DNA of 64,000 nucleotides, taken from NCBI GenBank assembly GCA_963792205.1, contig CAWBVI010000004.1, positions 1,012,640 through 1,076,639 of the forward strand, in the 5' to 3' direction. This DNA is from an uncultured Microthrixaceae bacterium. GTDB taxonomy: Bacteria; Actinomycetota; Acidimicrobiia; Acidimicrobiales; DATDAH01. This document shows, piece by piece, positions 37,859-46,624 of this stretch; positions within the stretch are counted from its first letter, which is position 1; each line of letters opens with the position of its first letter. Under the pieces are notes generated by a model, which did no database searches, was not told where the DNA came from, and worked only from the letters and a program-made list of their open reading frames with translations. Made by a program: the position numbers and the translations under genes.

Positions 37859-38416
37859 TCACCCTGCCGGAACGGTGGTGGGGGTGGTCGTGGCGGACAC
37901 GGCCGACTCCGCCAGGCCGCCCGGGCTGCTGCCGAGGACCACGAGCACCCCGGCGAGGCCGATGTCGGCCGGCGGGGGGTTGGGCATCTCGACGACCGAC
38001 TCGGGCGGCAGACCGAGGTCGGTGGCCACCTGCTCGGCCTGGGCCTGGAAGCTCGTCGGCGTGGCGATGTAGTACACGGTGTCGAGCGGGGTCTGGCTCG
38101 GGTCGACGGTCGTGTCGGTGGGATCGCCGGGCGAGTAGCCGGCGGCGATCAGCAGCTCGGTGACGGCGCCGGCCGCCCCGGACACGTTGCTGCCGTTGGC
38201 CACGACCACGGGGATGCCGCTCGGATCGACCACCTCGTCGGGGACGACCGTGTCGGTCGGGGAATCGTCCTCGTCGTTGCCCGAGGACTCCTCGCCGCCG
38301 CCGTCCGCCCGCACCGTGACCGGACCGGTGTCGTCCAGCCCGCGGCTGAGGAGGACGAGGCCGATGACCACGGCCACCCCCACGAGCACCACACCCCGGA
38401 ACGCGCCGTCGTTCAT
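37859..38416 (-). CDS. LytR C-terminal domain-containing membrane-anchored protein
   Basis: N-terminal TM, VVVANGSNVSGAA, TVYY and VLVVLG. Confidence 0.8.
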   Translation of the reverse strand: MNDGAFRGVVLVGVAVVIGLVLLSRGLDDTGPVTVRADGGGEESSGNDEDDSPTDTVVPDEVVDPSGIPVVVANGSNVSGAAGAVTELLIAAGYSPGDPTDTTVDPSQTPLDTVYYIATPTSFQAQAEQVATDLGLPPESVVEMPNPPPADIGLAGVLVVLGSSPGGLAESAVSATTTPTTVPAG

Positions 38417-38434
38417 GTCACCACTCCTGCACGC

Positions 38435-38698
38435 TCATCGACCCGGATGGCTCATCGGCCCGCCGCCGCCCTCGTAGCGGGCCCGTCGGCGGCGGTCGCG
38501 CAGGCGCCGGAGGCGGCGCACGACCAACGGGTCGTACTGCAGGGCGAGGTCGTCGTCGAGGAGGTCATTGAGGATCTGGTAATAGCGCGTAGTCGAGAGG
38601 CCGAACGTAGCCCGAATCGCCGTCTCCTTGGGCCCCGGCGACTGCCACCAGGACCGTTCGAAGTCGAGGATAGACCGCTCTCGTGCCCCCAGAGACAT
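38435..38698 (-). CDS. DUF3263-family protein
   Basis: ILDFERSWW..GPKETAIR..RYYQILN..DPLVVRRLRR. Confidence 0.9.
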   Translation of the reverse strand: MSLGARERSILDFERSWWQSPGPKETAIRATFGLSTTRYYQILNDLLDDDLALQYDPLVVRRLRRLRDRRRRARYEGGGGPMSHPGR

Positions 38699-38765
38699 GC
38701 GCGCGAGTCTGACCGGCGGGTGGACGCCGACCGCGGACCCTCCGATCGGTAGCCTCCGCCTCGCC

Positions 38766-38843
38766 GCCCGAGTAGCTCAGTTGGTCCAGAGCACCGCTCT
38801 TGTAAAGCGGGGGTCGTGGGTTCGAATCCCACCTCGGGCTCCA
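38766..38843 (+). tRNA. tRNA-Thr (anticodon UGU)
   Basis: Acceptor GCCCGAG/CTCGGGC, D-arm AGCTCAGTTGGTCCAGAGC, anticodon arm CCGCT-CTTGTAA-AGCGG, T-arm GTGGG-TTCGAAT-CCCAC, encoded CCA. Confidence 0.97.
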
Positions 38844-38857
38844 AAGGACGGTCGCGT

Positions 38858-40168
38858 TCAGGACCCCAGCAGCAGCGCGATGGCGGCCACCGCGGAACCG
38901 ACCAGCATCGGCAGGAGGACGTACTGCGCCACCAGGGCCTTGCGGGGGGCGAGGGCGGTGACGGCCCGGTCGTGGGCCACCACGACGCCGAGCACGTGAC
39001 CGAGGGCGATGGCCGCGGCCTGGACCCAGGCGATGGTCGCGGCGCTGACCAGCTCGAAGTCGACGGTGCCGTCGGCCGTGCCGAACAGGTCCCAGCCCTC
39101 GCCGTAGGGATCGGACGCCAGGAACCAGAAGCCTTGGCCTTCCAGGACGAGCACCGAGAAGTAGTGGGCGACGGTGAAGGCGGCGGCGACCGGCACCAGG
39201 AGGGGGGCGAAGCCGGTCGCCATCGGATCGGGCTCTTCGCCCGTGGCCCAGGACGCCACACGCGTGACCCCGAGGTAGACGAGGGCGACGATGCCGATCG
39301 TCCAGGCCAGGCCGAGGGTGTTGACCCCCGTGTAGCCCCACCCGACCCGCTCGATGGTGAGGTCGAACCAGAACCGGGTCCGGGCGAGACCGTCGAACAC
39401 CGCGGCGCCCAGCACCACGAAGAGCAACGGCATCGTGCCGGGCCGCACGGTCAGCTCGTTCAGTCCCCGGAGCGGTGAGCGCACGCCGAGCCGGCCATCC
39501 TCCAGGCGAGCGATCGGTGAGAGGGTCGCGAACAGGCCGAAGAGGACCGCGAAGCCCTCGCCGGTGCGGAGCCAGCCCCTTCCGCGGACGGCGGCGACAG
39601 CGAGGACCGCGACCCCGTAGGCCAGGCCCAGCAGCGCGAGGAGCCGCGGTGTCGTGGGGCTGTGATAGGCGAGCTCCAGCCCCACGAACCCGGCGATCAC
39701 GACGGCTGCCGCCCAGTGCGTTGCGCCCCCGACCTCGATCGCCGGCCGCAGCGGCTCGCCCTTGGCCCGAGCCCGCACCCGAGCCCCGGCCAGCGCGAGG
39801 GTCTCGAAGGGGCTGAGCACCCGCCAGACGTCGCCCAGCACCATCGACACGAGCTGGAGCCCGACCCAGAACGTGATGAGGACGCCGATCGGGGCCGGGT
39901 TGGCGGCCGGGAACTCGCTGCCGAACAGGCCGGCCGAGATGACCCCGACGTAGGTCACCACGCCGACCACCCGGGCGACCACCCCGAGCACCCGGAGCAC
40001 CAGCGCCACCCACGCCGGGAAGGGGTGACCGCCTCCGTGCGGCACCCGGCGCCGCGCCGAGTTCACCGCGAAGAAGGCGATGACGACGATCGCGGCGACG
40101 CCCCACGCGAACTGCCACCGCTCGAGAGGCAGGCCGCTCAGGGCGCCGACGCCGTGCGCCAGGATCAT
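38858..40168 (-). CDS. Hypothetical polytopic membrane protein
   Basis: 436 aa with about 10 TM segments; AHG N-terminus, AHYFS, SDPYG and GHVLGVVVAHD motifs. Confidence 0.8.
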   Translation of the reverse strand: MILAHGVGALSGLPLERWQFAWGVAAIVVIAFFAVNSARRRVPHGGGHPFPAWVALVLRVLGVVARVVGVVTYVGVISAGLFGSEFPAANPAPIGVLITFWVGLQLVSMVLGDVWRVLSPFETLALAGARVRARAKGEPLRPAIEVGGATHWAAAVVIAGFVGLELAYHSPTTPRLLALLGLAYGVAVLAVAAVRGRGWLRTGEGFAVLFGLFATLSPIARLEDGRLGVRSPLRGLNELTVRPGTMPLLFVVLGAAVFDGLARTRFWFDLTIERVGWGYTGVNTLGLAWTIGIVALVYLGVTRVASWATGEEPDPMATGFAPLLVPVAAAFTVAHYFSVLVLEGQGFWFLASDPYGEGWDLFGTADGTVDFELVSAATIAWVQAAAIALGHVLGVVVAHDRAVTALAPRKALVAQYVLLPMLVGSAVAAIALLLGS

Positions 40169-40242
40169 GTCCGGGCGAGGGTAGGGGCCGGGCGTGCGGC
40201 GGCGGTTCCCGGCGCTGGACCTTCGTGGGGCAGGATGGGGCC

Positions 40243-40557
40243 GTGGAGCTCACCCCAGGCAAGAAGCTGGCCAGCACCGTCTGCGCCACCGAGGTCATCA
40301 TCGTCCGACCCCCGAGCGAGCCGGTCGAGATCGAGTGCGGGGGCGCCCCGATGGTCATGGCCGACGAGGCCCCCGCGGACGCGGATCGGGGCCCGGTGGG
40401 CGGCGCCCACGACGGGGGCACCCTGCTCGGCAAGCGCTACGTGCACGAGGACTCCGGGCTCGAGCTGCTCTGTTCGACCCCCGGTGCCGGCTCGCTGTCC
40501 GTCGCCGGCGTGGACCTGCCCCTCAAGGAGGCCAAACCCCTCCCCAGCTCGGACTAG
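40243..40557 (+). CDS. Small hypothetical protein with an internally duplicated Cys-containing module
   Basis: GKKL..VCATEV..ECGGAPM and GKRY..GLELLC; ends AKPLPSSD; strong GC3 bias. Confidence 0.75.
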   Translation: MELTPGKKLASTVCATEVIIVRPPSEPVEIECGGAPMVMADEAPADADRGPVGGAHDGGTLLGKRYVHEDSGLELLCSTPGAGSLSVAGVDLPLKEAKPLPSSD

Positions 40558-40564
40558 GCCGACC

Positions 40565-42811
40565 ATGTCCATCCTGGGTAACCGGGTCCCGCGCCTCGAG
40601 GACCCCGATCTGCTCACCGGCGCCGGCGACTACGTCGACGACGTGACCCTGCCCGCGCCCGCCCACGTCGTGTACGTGCGCTCGCCGCTGGCCTTCGCCC
40701 GCATCGAGTCCATCGAGGTCGACGACGCGCTCGCCGCGCCGGGCGTGCTCGCCGTGGTCACCGCAGCCGATCTCCCGTTCGGGGACCAGGACCCCGAGAT
40801 GATGTTCCTCAACCAGGACATGAAGCGGCCCCTGCTCGCTCGTGACCTGGTGCGCTTCGCCGGCGAACCGGTCGCGGCCGTCGTGGCCGAGACGCGGACC
40901 CAGGCCGTCGACGCCGCCGAGCAGGTCTTCGTCGACTACGAGCCGCTCGACGCCGTGGTGGATCCCGAGCAGGCCCGGGAGCACGGGGCGGTGGTGTTCC
41001 CCGGCGCCGCATCCCCACTGGCCATGGAGATCCCCGGCGACCTGATCGCCGACTTCGACGGCTGCGAGGTCGTGGTGAGCCAGCGCATCGTGAACCAGCG
41101 GGTGTCGGCCGCCCCGATCGAGCCCCGGGCCGGCGCGGCCTGGTGGGACGACGGTCGCCTGCTCGCGTGGTCGAGCTGCCAGGGCGCCCATCCCGTCCGT
41201 GACTCGCTCGCCGCGCTCTACGAGCTGGATGCGGGCCAGGTGCGGGTCGTGGTCCCGCACGTGGGGGGGAGCTTCGGCGCCAAGAACGGCGCCTTCCCCG
41301 AGGAGCTGCTCCTGGGCGAGCTGGCGCGGCGGGTCGATCGGCCCGTGCGCTGGAGCGAGACCCGCTCGGAGAGCATGACCGGCTTCACGCACGGACGGGC
41401 CCAGACCCAGCAGGTGAAGATCGGCGGGAGCCGGGACGGGACGATCACGGCCTACTCGCTCTCGGTCATCCAGGACGCCGGGGCCTACCCGATGCTCGGT
41501 GCCGTGCTCCCGTTCATGACCCGGATGATGGTCACCGGGGTCTACGGCGTCACCAACGCCGGCTTCGACTCGGTCTCGGTGGTCACCAACACGACGCCGG
41601 TCCGGCCGTTCCGGGGAGCGGGGCGGCCCGAGGCCGCCGCCGCCATCGAGCGGGCCGTCGACCTCTTCGCCGCCGAGATCGGGATGGACCCGGCCGAGGT
41701 CCGCCGGAAGAACGTCCTGGCCGACGACGTCTACCCGTACACCACGCCCGGCGGGGCGGTCTACGACATCGGGGCCTACGGCACCGCGCTCGACACCGTG
41801 CTCGCGGCCGCCGGCTACGAGGACCTGCGGGCGGAGCAGCGACGCCGCCGCGACGCCGGCGAGGTGCGCCAACTGGGCATCGGCCTGAGCGTCTACGTGG
41901 AGATCACCGCGCTGGGCGGGGGTGGCGAGTTCGGCTCGGTCACCGCCCTGCCCGACGGCACCGTCGAGGTCCGCACCGGCGCCACCCCCTTCGGCCAGGG
42001 CCACGAGACGACCTGGGCGATGCTGGCCTCCGATCGCCTGGGCGTGCCGATGGACGCCGTCCGGGTCATCCACGGCGACACCGACGACGTGGCGGAGGGC
42101 AGCGTCACCGGCGGCTCTCGGTCGGTCCAGATCGCGGGTTCGGCGATCCTGTCGGCCGCCGACCACCTGATCGACCAGGCCCGGGAACGGGCGGCTGAGC
42201 AGCTCGAGGCCGCGGTCGACGACGTCGTGCTGGACACGGTCACGGGTCGGTTCCACGTCGCCGGGGTCCCGGCGGTCGGCGTGGGCTGGGGTGACGTGGC
42301 GACGCGGTCCGAGCAACCGCTGCTCGGCATCTCGGACTTCGCGGCCGAAGGGCCGACCTTCCCGTTCGGGGCGCACCTGGCAGTCGTCGAGGTGGACATC
42401 GAGACCGGCGCGGTCGCGCTCACCCGCATGGTCGCCGTGGACGACGCCGGCACGCTCATCAACCCGCTCATCGCCGACGGGCAGATCCACGGCGGGCTGG
42501 CTCAGGGAGCGGCGCAGGCCCTCTTCGAGGAGATCCGCTACGACGAGGACGGCAACCCGCAGACCGCCAACCTCGCCGACTACTCGGTGCCGGCGGCCAG
42601 CGAGGTCCCCAGCTTCGAGCGCATCGAGATGGTCACCCCCACCCCCCTGAACGAGCTCGGGGCGAAGGGCATCGGCGAGTCAGGCAGCATCGGCTCCACC
42701 CCGGCGGTCCAGAACGCGGTGGTGGACGCGGTGAGCCACCTCGGCATCCGCCACATCGACATGCCGTGCACCCCGCAGCGCGTGTGGGACGCCATCCGGT
42801 CGGCGGGCTAG
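40565..42811 (+). CDS. Xanthine dehydrogenase / CoxL-family molybdopterin-binding large subunit
   Basis: PRLED, VRSP, VGGSFGAK, FRGAGRPEA, FGQGHETT, GSRS, GQIHGGLAQG and AKGIGESG. Confidence 0.93.
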   Translation: MSILGNRVPRLEDPDLLTGAGDYVDDVTLPAPAHVVYVRSPLAFARIESIEVDDALAAPGVLAVVTAADLPFGDQDPEMMFLNQDMKRPLLARDLVRFAGEPVAAVVAETRTQAVDAAEQVFVDYEPLDAVVDPEQAREHGAVVFPGAASPLAMEIPGDLIADFDGCEVVVSQRIVNQRVSAAPIEPRAGAAWWDDGRLLAWSSCQGAHPVRDSLAALYELDAGQVRVVVPHVGGSFGAKNGAFPEELLLGELARRVDRPVRWSETRSESMTGFTHGRAQTQQVKIGGSRDGTITAYSLSVIQDAGAYPMLGAVLPFMTRMMVTGVYGVTNAGFDSVSVVTNTTPVRPFRGAGRPEAAAAIERAVDLFAAEIGMDPAEVRRKNVLADDVYPYTTPGGAVYDIGAYGTALDTVLAAAGYEDLRAEQRRRRDAGEVRQLGIGLSVYVEITALGGGGEFGSVTALPDGTVEVRTGATPFGQGHETTWAMLASDRLGVPMDAVRVIHGDTDDVAEGSVTGGSRSVQIAGSAILSAADHLIDQARERAAEQLEAAVDDVVLDTVTGRFHVAGVPAVGVGWGDVATRSEQPLLGISDFAAEGPTFPFGAHLAVVEVDIETGAVALTRMVAVDDAGTLINPLIADGQIHGGLAQGAAQALFEEIRYDEDGNPQTANLADYSVPAASEVPSFERIEMVTPTPLNELGAKGIGESGSIGSTPAVQNAVVDAVSHLGIRHIDMPCTPQRVWDAIRSAG

Positions 42812-43641
42812 CGGCGGAGGCGGGCGATCTCGTAGCAGGCGACCGCAGCCGCGGCGCTGACGTTCAGCGAGCCGAGGCGGCCGGCCAGGGGGAGCGCGGC
42901 GACGACGTCACAACGCTCCCGGCTGAGGCGGGAGAGGCCCGAGCCTTCGCTGCCGAGGACGAGGGCGAGGGGGTCGGCGGCGACCTTCAGGTCCCAGAAG
43001 GTCTCGTCCGCGTCCTGGTCGAGGCCCACGACCCAGACGCCGGCCGCCTTCAGATCGGACAACGCGGCGGGGATGCCCGCCACCACGGCCATCGGCAACC
43101 ACTCGACGGCGCCGGCCGCGGTCTTCGTCACCGCCGCCGTGACCCGGACCGTCCGGTGCCGGGGCAGGACCACGCCGGTCACCCCCGCCGCCTCGGCCGT
43201 GCGCAGGATCGCCCCGAGGTTCTGGGGATCGAGGATCCCGTCGAGGACGACCAGGAACGGTCGCTCGACGGCGGCCAGGGCCTCGAGCGGCGTGGGCTGC
43301 AGGGGGGCGACCGTGGCCAGGACCCCCTGTGGCGCGTCCGAACGGGCCTGCGCCTCGAGGGTGCTGCGCCGGACCTCCCGCAGGGCCACGCGCTGCTCAC
43401 CGGCCAGGTCCCGGATGTCGTCGAGGATGGGTGCCGGATCGAGGTCGACGGCGAGCAGGATCTCCCGCACCGAGCGGGGACCCAGCAGCGCCTCCCGGAC
43501 GGCCTGGCGGCCCTCGACCTGGTCACCGCCGAGGCCGCCTCCGCCGCTGCTCCCGGTGCGCTTCGGCGCGGCCCGATCGGGCGGCCGCCGGTGCGGCGGC
43601 CGGCGACCGCCGCGTCCCTTCGGACGCCGTTGCGCCGGCAT
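42808..43641 (-). CDS. rlmB: 23S rRNA Gm2251 2'-O-methyltransferase
   Basis: EGRQAVRE, LDGILDPQNLGAILR, LGSEGSGL and SLNVSAA. Confidence 0.92.
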   Translation of the reverse strand: MPAQRRPKGRGGRRPPHRRPPDRAAPKRTGSSGGGGLGGDQVEGRQAVREALLGPRSVREILLAVDLDPAPILDDIRDLAGEQRVALREVRRSTLEAQARSDAPQGVLATVAPLQPTPLEALAAVERPFLVVLDGILDPQNLGAILRTAEAAGVTGVVLPRHRTVRVTAAVTKTAAGAVEWLPMAVVAGIPAALSDLKAAGVWVVGLDQDADETFWDLKVAADPLALVLGSEGSGLSRLSRERCDVVAALPLAGRLGSLNVSAAAAVACYEIARLRR

Positions 43642-44117
43642 CAGGCCGACTCGACGAGGGCGACGGCCAGCACCGCGATGCCCTCGCCTCGACCGAGCGC
43701 GCCCAGACCCTCGGAGGTCGTCGCCTTGACCGACACCGGCGCGCCGACCACCTCCGACAGCCGGTCGGCCATCGCCGTCCGCCGGTTCCCGAGCTTCGGC
43801 CGTTCGGCGACGACCGTGGCGTCGAGGTTGACGACCTGCCATCCGGCGGCCACCGCCAGCCGGACCACCTCGGCCAGGAGCGTCAGGCTGTCGGCGCCGG
43901 CCCATTGCGGGTCGGTGTCCGGGAAGTGGTCGCCGAGGTCGCCCAGCCCGGCGGCGCCGAGCACGGCGTCGGCGCAGGCGTGGGCGAGCGCATCGGCATC
44001 GCTGTGGCCGGCCAGGCCGGGCCCGTCCTCCACCGGAATGCCGCCGAGCACGAGCCGGCGCTGCGGGTCGTCGCTGAAGGGGTGGACGTCGAACCCCTGC
44101 CCGATGCGGAAGCTCAC
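43641..44117 (-). CDS. ispF: 2-C-methyl-D-erythritol 2,4-cyclodiphosphate synthase
   Basis: RIGQGFDVH, GHSDAD, GDLGDHFP and VKATTSEGLG. Confidence 0.96.
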   Translation of the reverse strand: MSFRIGQGFDVHPFSDDPQRRLVLGGIPVEDGPGLAGHSDADALAHACADAVLGAAGLGDLGDHFPDTDPQWAGADSLTLLAEVVRLAVAAGWQVVNLDATVVAERPKLGNRRTAMADRLSEVVGAPVSVKATTSEGLGALGRGEGIAVLAVALVESA

Positions 44118-44173
44118 GCTTCCCGCTCCTGACGGCTTCGCCGTCGGGCCGCTCGGGCCCACGCTCCGCTCAC
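44114..44173 (-). repeat. MIRU-like intercistronic element containing a 19-aa mini-ORF
   Basis: GTG overlaps the ispD stop and TGA overlaps the ispF GTG; direct CGTGAGC duplication at both ends; internal hairpins and an AGGAG SD. Confidence 0.6.
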
Positions 44174-44790
44174 GGAGTCGTCCTGAGGAGCGCCGCCGCC
44201 GCGACCAGGTCGTCGGGGGAGGTGATCTTCCGGTTGCGAGGCTCACCCGCGACGACGACGACCGTCCCGCCGGAAGCATCGACGAGCGAGGCGTCGTCGG
44301 TGGCCTCGGGGGCGGCGGCGTGCACCGCCCGGAGCCGGTCGGCCGCGAAGCCCTGCGGGGTCTGGACCGCGACCAGGTCGTCCCGGTCGACGGTGGCGCC
44401 GTCGGTGCGGCGGATGGTGTCGGTCACCGGCACCCCGGGAATGGCGGCGTCGGCGCCCGCCTCCACGGCGGCCACGACCGCGGCGAACAGCTCCGTCGAC
44501 GCCAACGGACGGGCGGCGTCGTGGACCACGATCACCGTGGCCGCCGCCGGCACGGCCGCGAGGCCGGCCCGCACCGAGCCCGAGCGGGTCGCGGCCCCGG
44601 GCACGGTGACGTCGGCCCCGGCTTCGGCGGGTGCGCCGTCGGGGACCACGACGACCACGCCGTCGACCACGCCCCGGGCCGCCTCGAGCGACCAGTCCAG
44701 GACCCGGCGGTCACCGAGGCGCTCGTACTGCTTGGCCCCGCCGTAGCGCTGGCCCGTCCCCGCGGCGACGACGATGGCCCAGCAACTCAC
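44170..44790 (-). CDS. ispD: 2-C-methyl-D-erythritol 4-phosphate cytidylyltransferase
   Basis: VAAGTGQRYG..KQY, VHDAARP, VQTPQGF, TDDASL and NRKITSPDD. Confidence 0.95.
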   Translation of the reverse strand: MSCWAIVVAAGTGQRYGGAKQYERLGDRRVLDWSLEAARGVVDGVVVVVPDGAPAEAGADVTVPGAATRSGSVRAGLAAVPAAATVIVVHDAARPLASTELFAAVVAAVEAGADAAIPGVPVTDTIRRTDGATVDRDDLVAVQTPQGFAADRLRAVHAAAPEATDDASLVDASGGTVVVVAGEPRNRKITSPDDLVAAAALLRTTP

Positions 44791-44833
44791 GGTCTGGACG
44801 GTACCCGTGACCTCCGTCACTAGCCTGACCGCC

Positions 44834-45493
44834 ATGGTCCCCGCCGACGTCCTGGCCGACGTCCAGCTCTTCGCCGCCTTCCCGCCCGAGCGCCTCGCGG
44901 CGGTCGCGGCCGCGGCCCGGACCCGCGCCCTCGAGCGCAACGACGTGCTCTTCGAGGAGCAGGGCGAGGCCAACGAGCTGTTCGTGGTCACGAGCGGGCG
45001 GATCGCCATCGCCAACGTGGCCATCGACGGACGCGAGTCCGTGGTCGCCCTGATGGAGGCGGGCGACCTCTTCGGCGAGATGCCGCTGTTCGACGGCCAT
45101 GGCCGATCGGCCGCGGCGCGCGCCCTCGAGCCGTCCGAGGTCGTGGTCGTGCCGTACGCCGCCGTGCGCGACGTCTTCGAGGCCGACCCCGGGCTGCTGT
45201 GGCCGGTCGTCGCCCTGCTCGTCGGTCGCATCCGGGCCACCGACGAGGCCCTGGCCGACGCCATGTTCCTCGACGTGACCGGGCGGACGGCCAAGCGCCT
45301 GCTCGACCTGGCCGGAGAGGACGAGGAGTTCGAGCTCCCCGTCACCCAGGAGGAGCTGGCCGGGATGGTCGGCGCTTCACGCGAGCGGGTCAACAAGGCG
45401 ATCTCGTCGTTCCTCCGCCTCGGCTGGCTCGAGCAGGAGGACGGCCGCTACCGCATCACCAACCGTCAGCAGATGGAGATCCGGTCGTCCTGA
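44834..45493 (+). CDS. Crp/Fnr-family transcriptional regulator
   Basis: cNMP domain GDLFGE..RSA; HTH TQEELAGMVGASRERVNK. Confidence 0.93.
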   Translation: MVPADVLADVQLFAAFPPERLAAVAAAARTRALERNDVLFEEQGEANELFVVTSGRIAIANVAIDGRESVVALMEAGDLFGEMPLFDGHGRSAAARALEPSEVVVVPYAAVRDVFEADPGLLWPVVALLVGRIRATDEALADAMFLDVTGRTAKRLLDLAGEDEEFELPVTQEELAGMVGASRERVNKAISSFLRLGWLEQEDGRYRITNRQQMEIRSS

Positions 45494-45496
45494 CGC

Positions 45497-46567
45497 TCAG
45501 CCGTACCGGTCGAGGATGCTCGACTCGGCGAGCCGGGCCAGGCCTTCCTTGATGGCCCGGGCGCGGGTCTCGCCGACGCCCTCCACGTTGACCAGGTCGG
45601 GGATGGTGGCCCGCATGATCTTCTGCAGGCTCCCGAGGTGCTCGACGATGGCGTCGATGACCGACTCGGGCAGCCGGGGCACCTTGGAGAGGAGGCGGTG
45701 GCCCCGGGGCTCGACGCTGGCGTCCAGGTCGTCGGCGTCCACGGGCAGGTGGAGCACGGCGGCCACGCTCTTGAAGTCGAGCAGGTGATCGGTGTCCAGT
45801 GAGGCCAGGCCGCCCATGGCCTCAGCGAGGTGCCAGCCGGCGTCCTCGTGGAAGTAGTCGCGCAGGACGAGGCGGCGGTCGCCCTCCACCCCGGCGAACA
45901 GCTCCTCCAGGTGCAGGCGCACCAGACGTCCTTCGACCCCCAGCTCGACGACGTAGCCCTCCACCTCGGCGGCGATGCGCCGCACCATCTCGGTGCGCTG
46001 CAGCACCTGGACCACGTCACGGACGGTGACCAGGTCCTCGATCTCGAGGGCGGACAGGTTGCTCGAGACCTCGTCCAACCGGCTGCGGTAGCGCTCGAGG
46101 GTGCGCAGGGCCTGGTTGGCACCGTCCAGCAGGCGGGGGATGGGGTCGAGGCGGTGCTTCAGCTCCCCGACGTAGACGGCGATGGCGGCCATCCGCTCCG
46201 AGACCGAGATCACGGGGACGTCGATCGAGCGGGCGACCCGCTCGGCGGTGCGGTGCCGGGTGCCGGTCTCCGAGGTCGGGGTGTTGGGGTTGGGCACGAG
46301 GTGCACGTTCGCCCGGGCGATGCGGCTGGCGTCGGGCGAGAGGATGATGGCGCCGTCCATCTTGGCCAGCTCGGAGAGGCGCTGGGGGCTGAAGGCACCG
46401 TCCAGCAGGAAGCCGCCGGAGCAGATGTTGAGCACCTGCGGCCCGTCACCGATGACGATGAGCGCGCCCATGCCGCTGGACAGGATCCGGTCGAGCCCCT
46501 CCCGGAGCGCCGATCCCGGCGCTGTGGCCGCGAGGGCGCCGCGCATGGCGTCACTGGCCGGTTCCAC
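45497..46567 (-). CDS. disA: DNA integrity scanning diadenylate cyclase DisA
   Basis: ELAKMDGA, ETGTRHRTAER and a C-terminal HhH (VEGVGETRA). Confidence 0.96.
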   Translation of the reverse strand: MEPASDAMRGALAATAPGSALREGLDRILSSGMGALIVIGDGPQVLNICSGGFLLDGAFSPQRLSELAKMDGAIILSPDASRIARANVHLVPNPNTPTSETGTRHRTAERVARSIDVPVISVSERMAAIAVYVGELKHRLDPIPRLLDGANQALRTLERYRSRLDEVSSNLSALEIEDLVTVRDVVQVLQRTEMVRRIAAEVEGYVVELGVEGRLVRLHLEELFAGVEGDRRLVLRDYFHEDAGWHLAEAMGGLASLDTDHLLDFKSVAAVLHLPVDADDLDASVEPRGHRLLSKVPRLPESVIDAIVEHLGSLQKIMRATIPDLVNVEGVGETRARAIKEGLARLAESSILDRYG

Positions 46568-46624
46568 GGCCAGGAGCCTACCCCTGGCCCGATAGCGCCA
46601 TTCCGGACCGGTGGGCGGAGGCGG

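Noticed and set aside
38766-42811. Possible integrative element at tRNA-Thr
   Set aside because: No integrase, no repeat of the tRNA 3' end seen, and no change in composition or codon bias
40565-42811. Aerobic CO dehydrogenase (form I)
   Set aside because: The active-site loop is FRGAGR rather than AYxCSFR, and no coxS/coxM or accessory genes are adjacent
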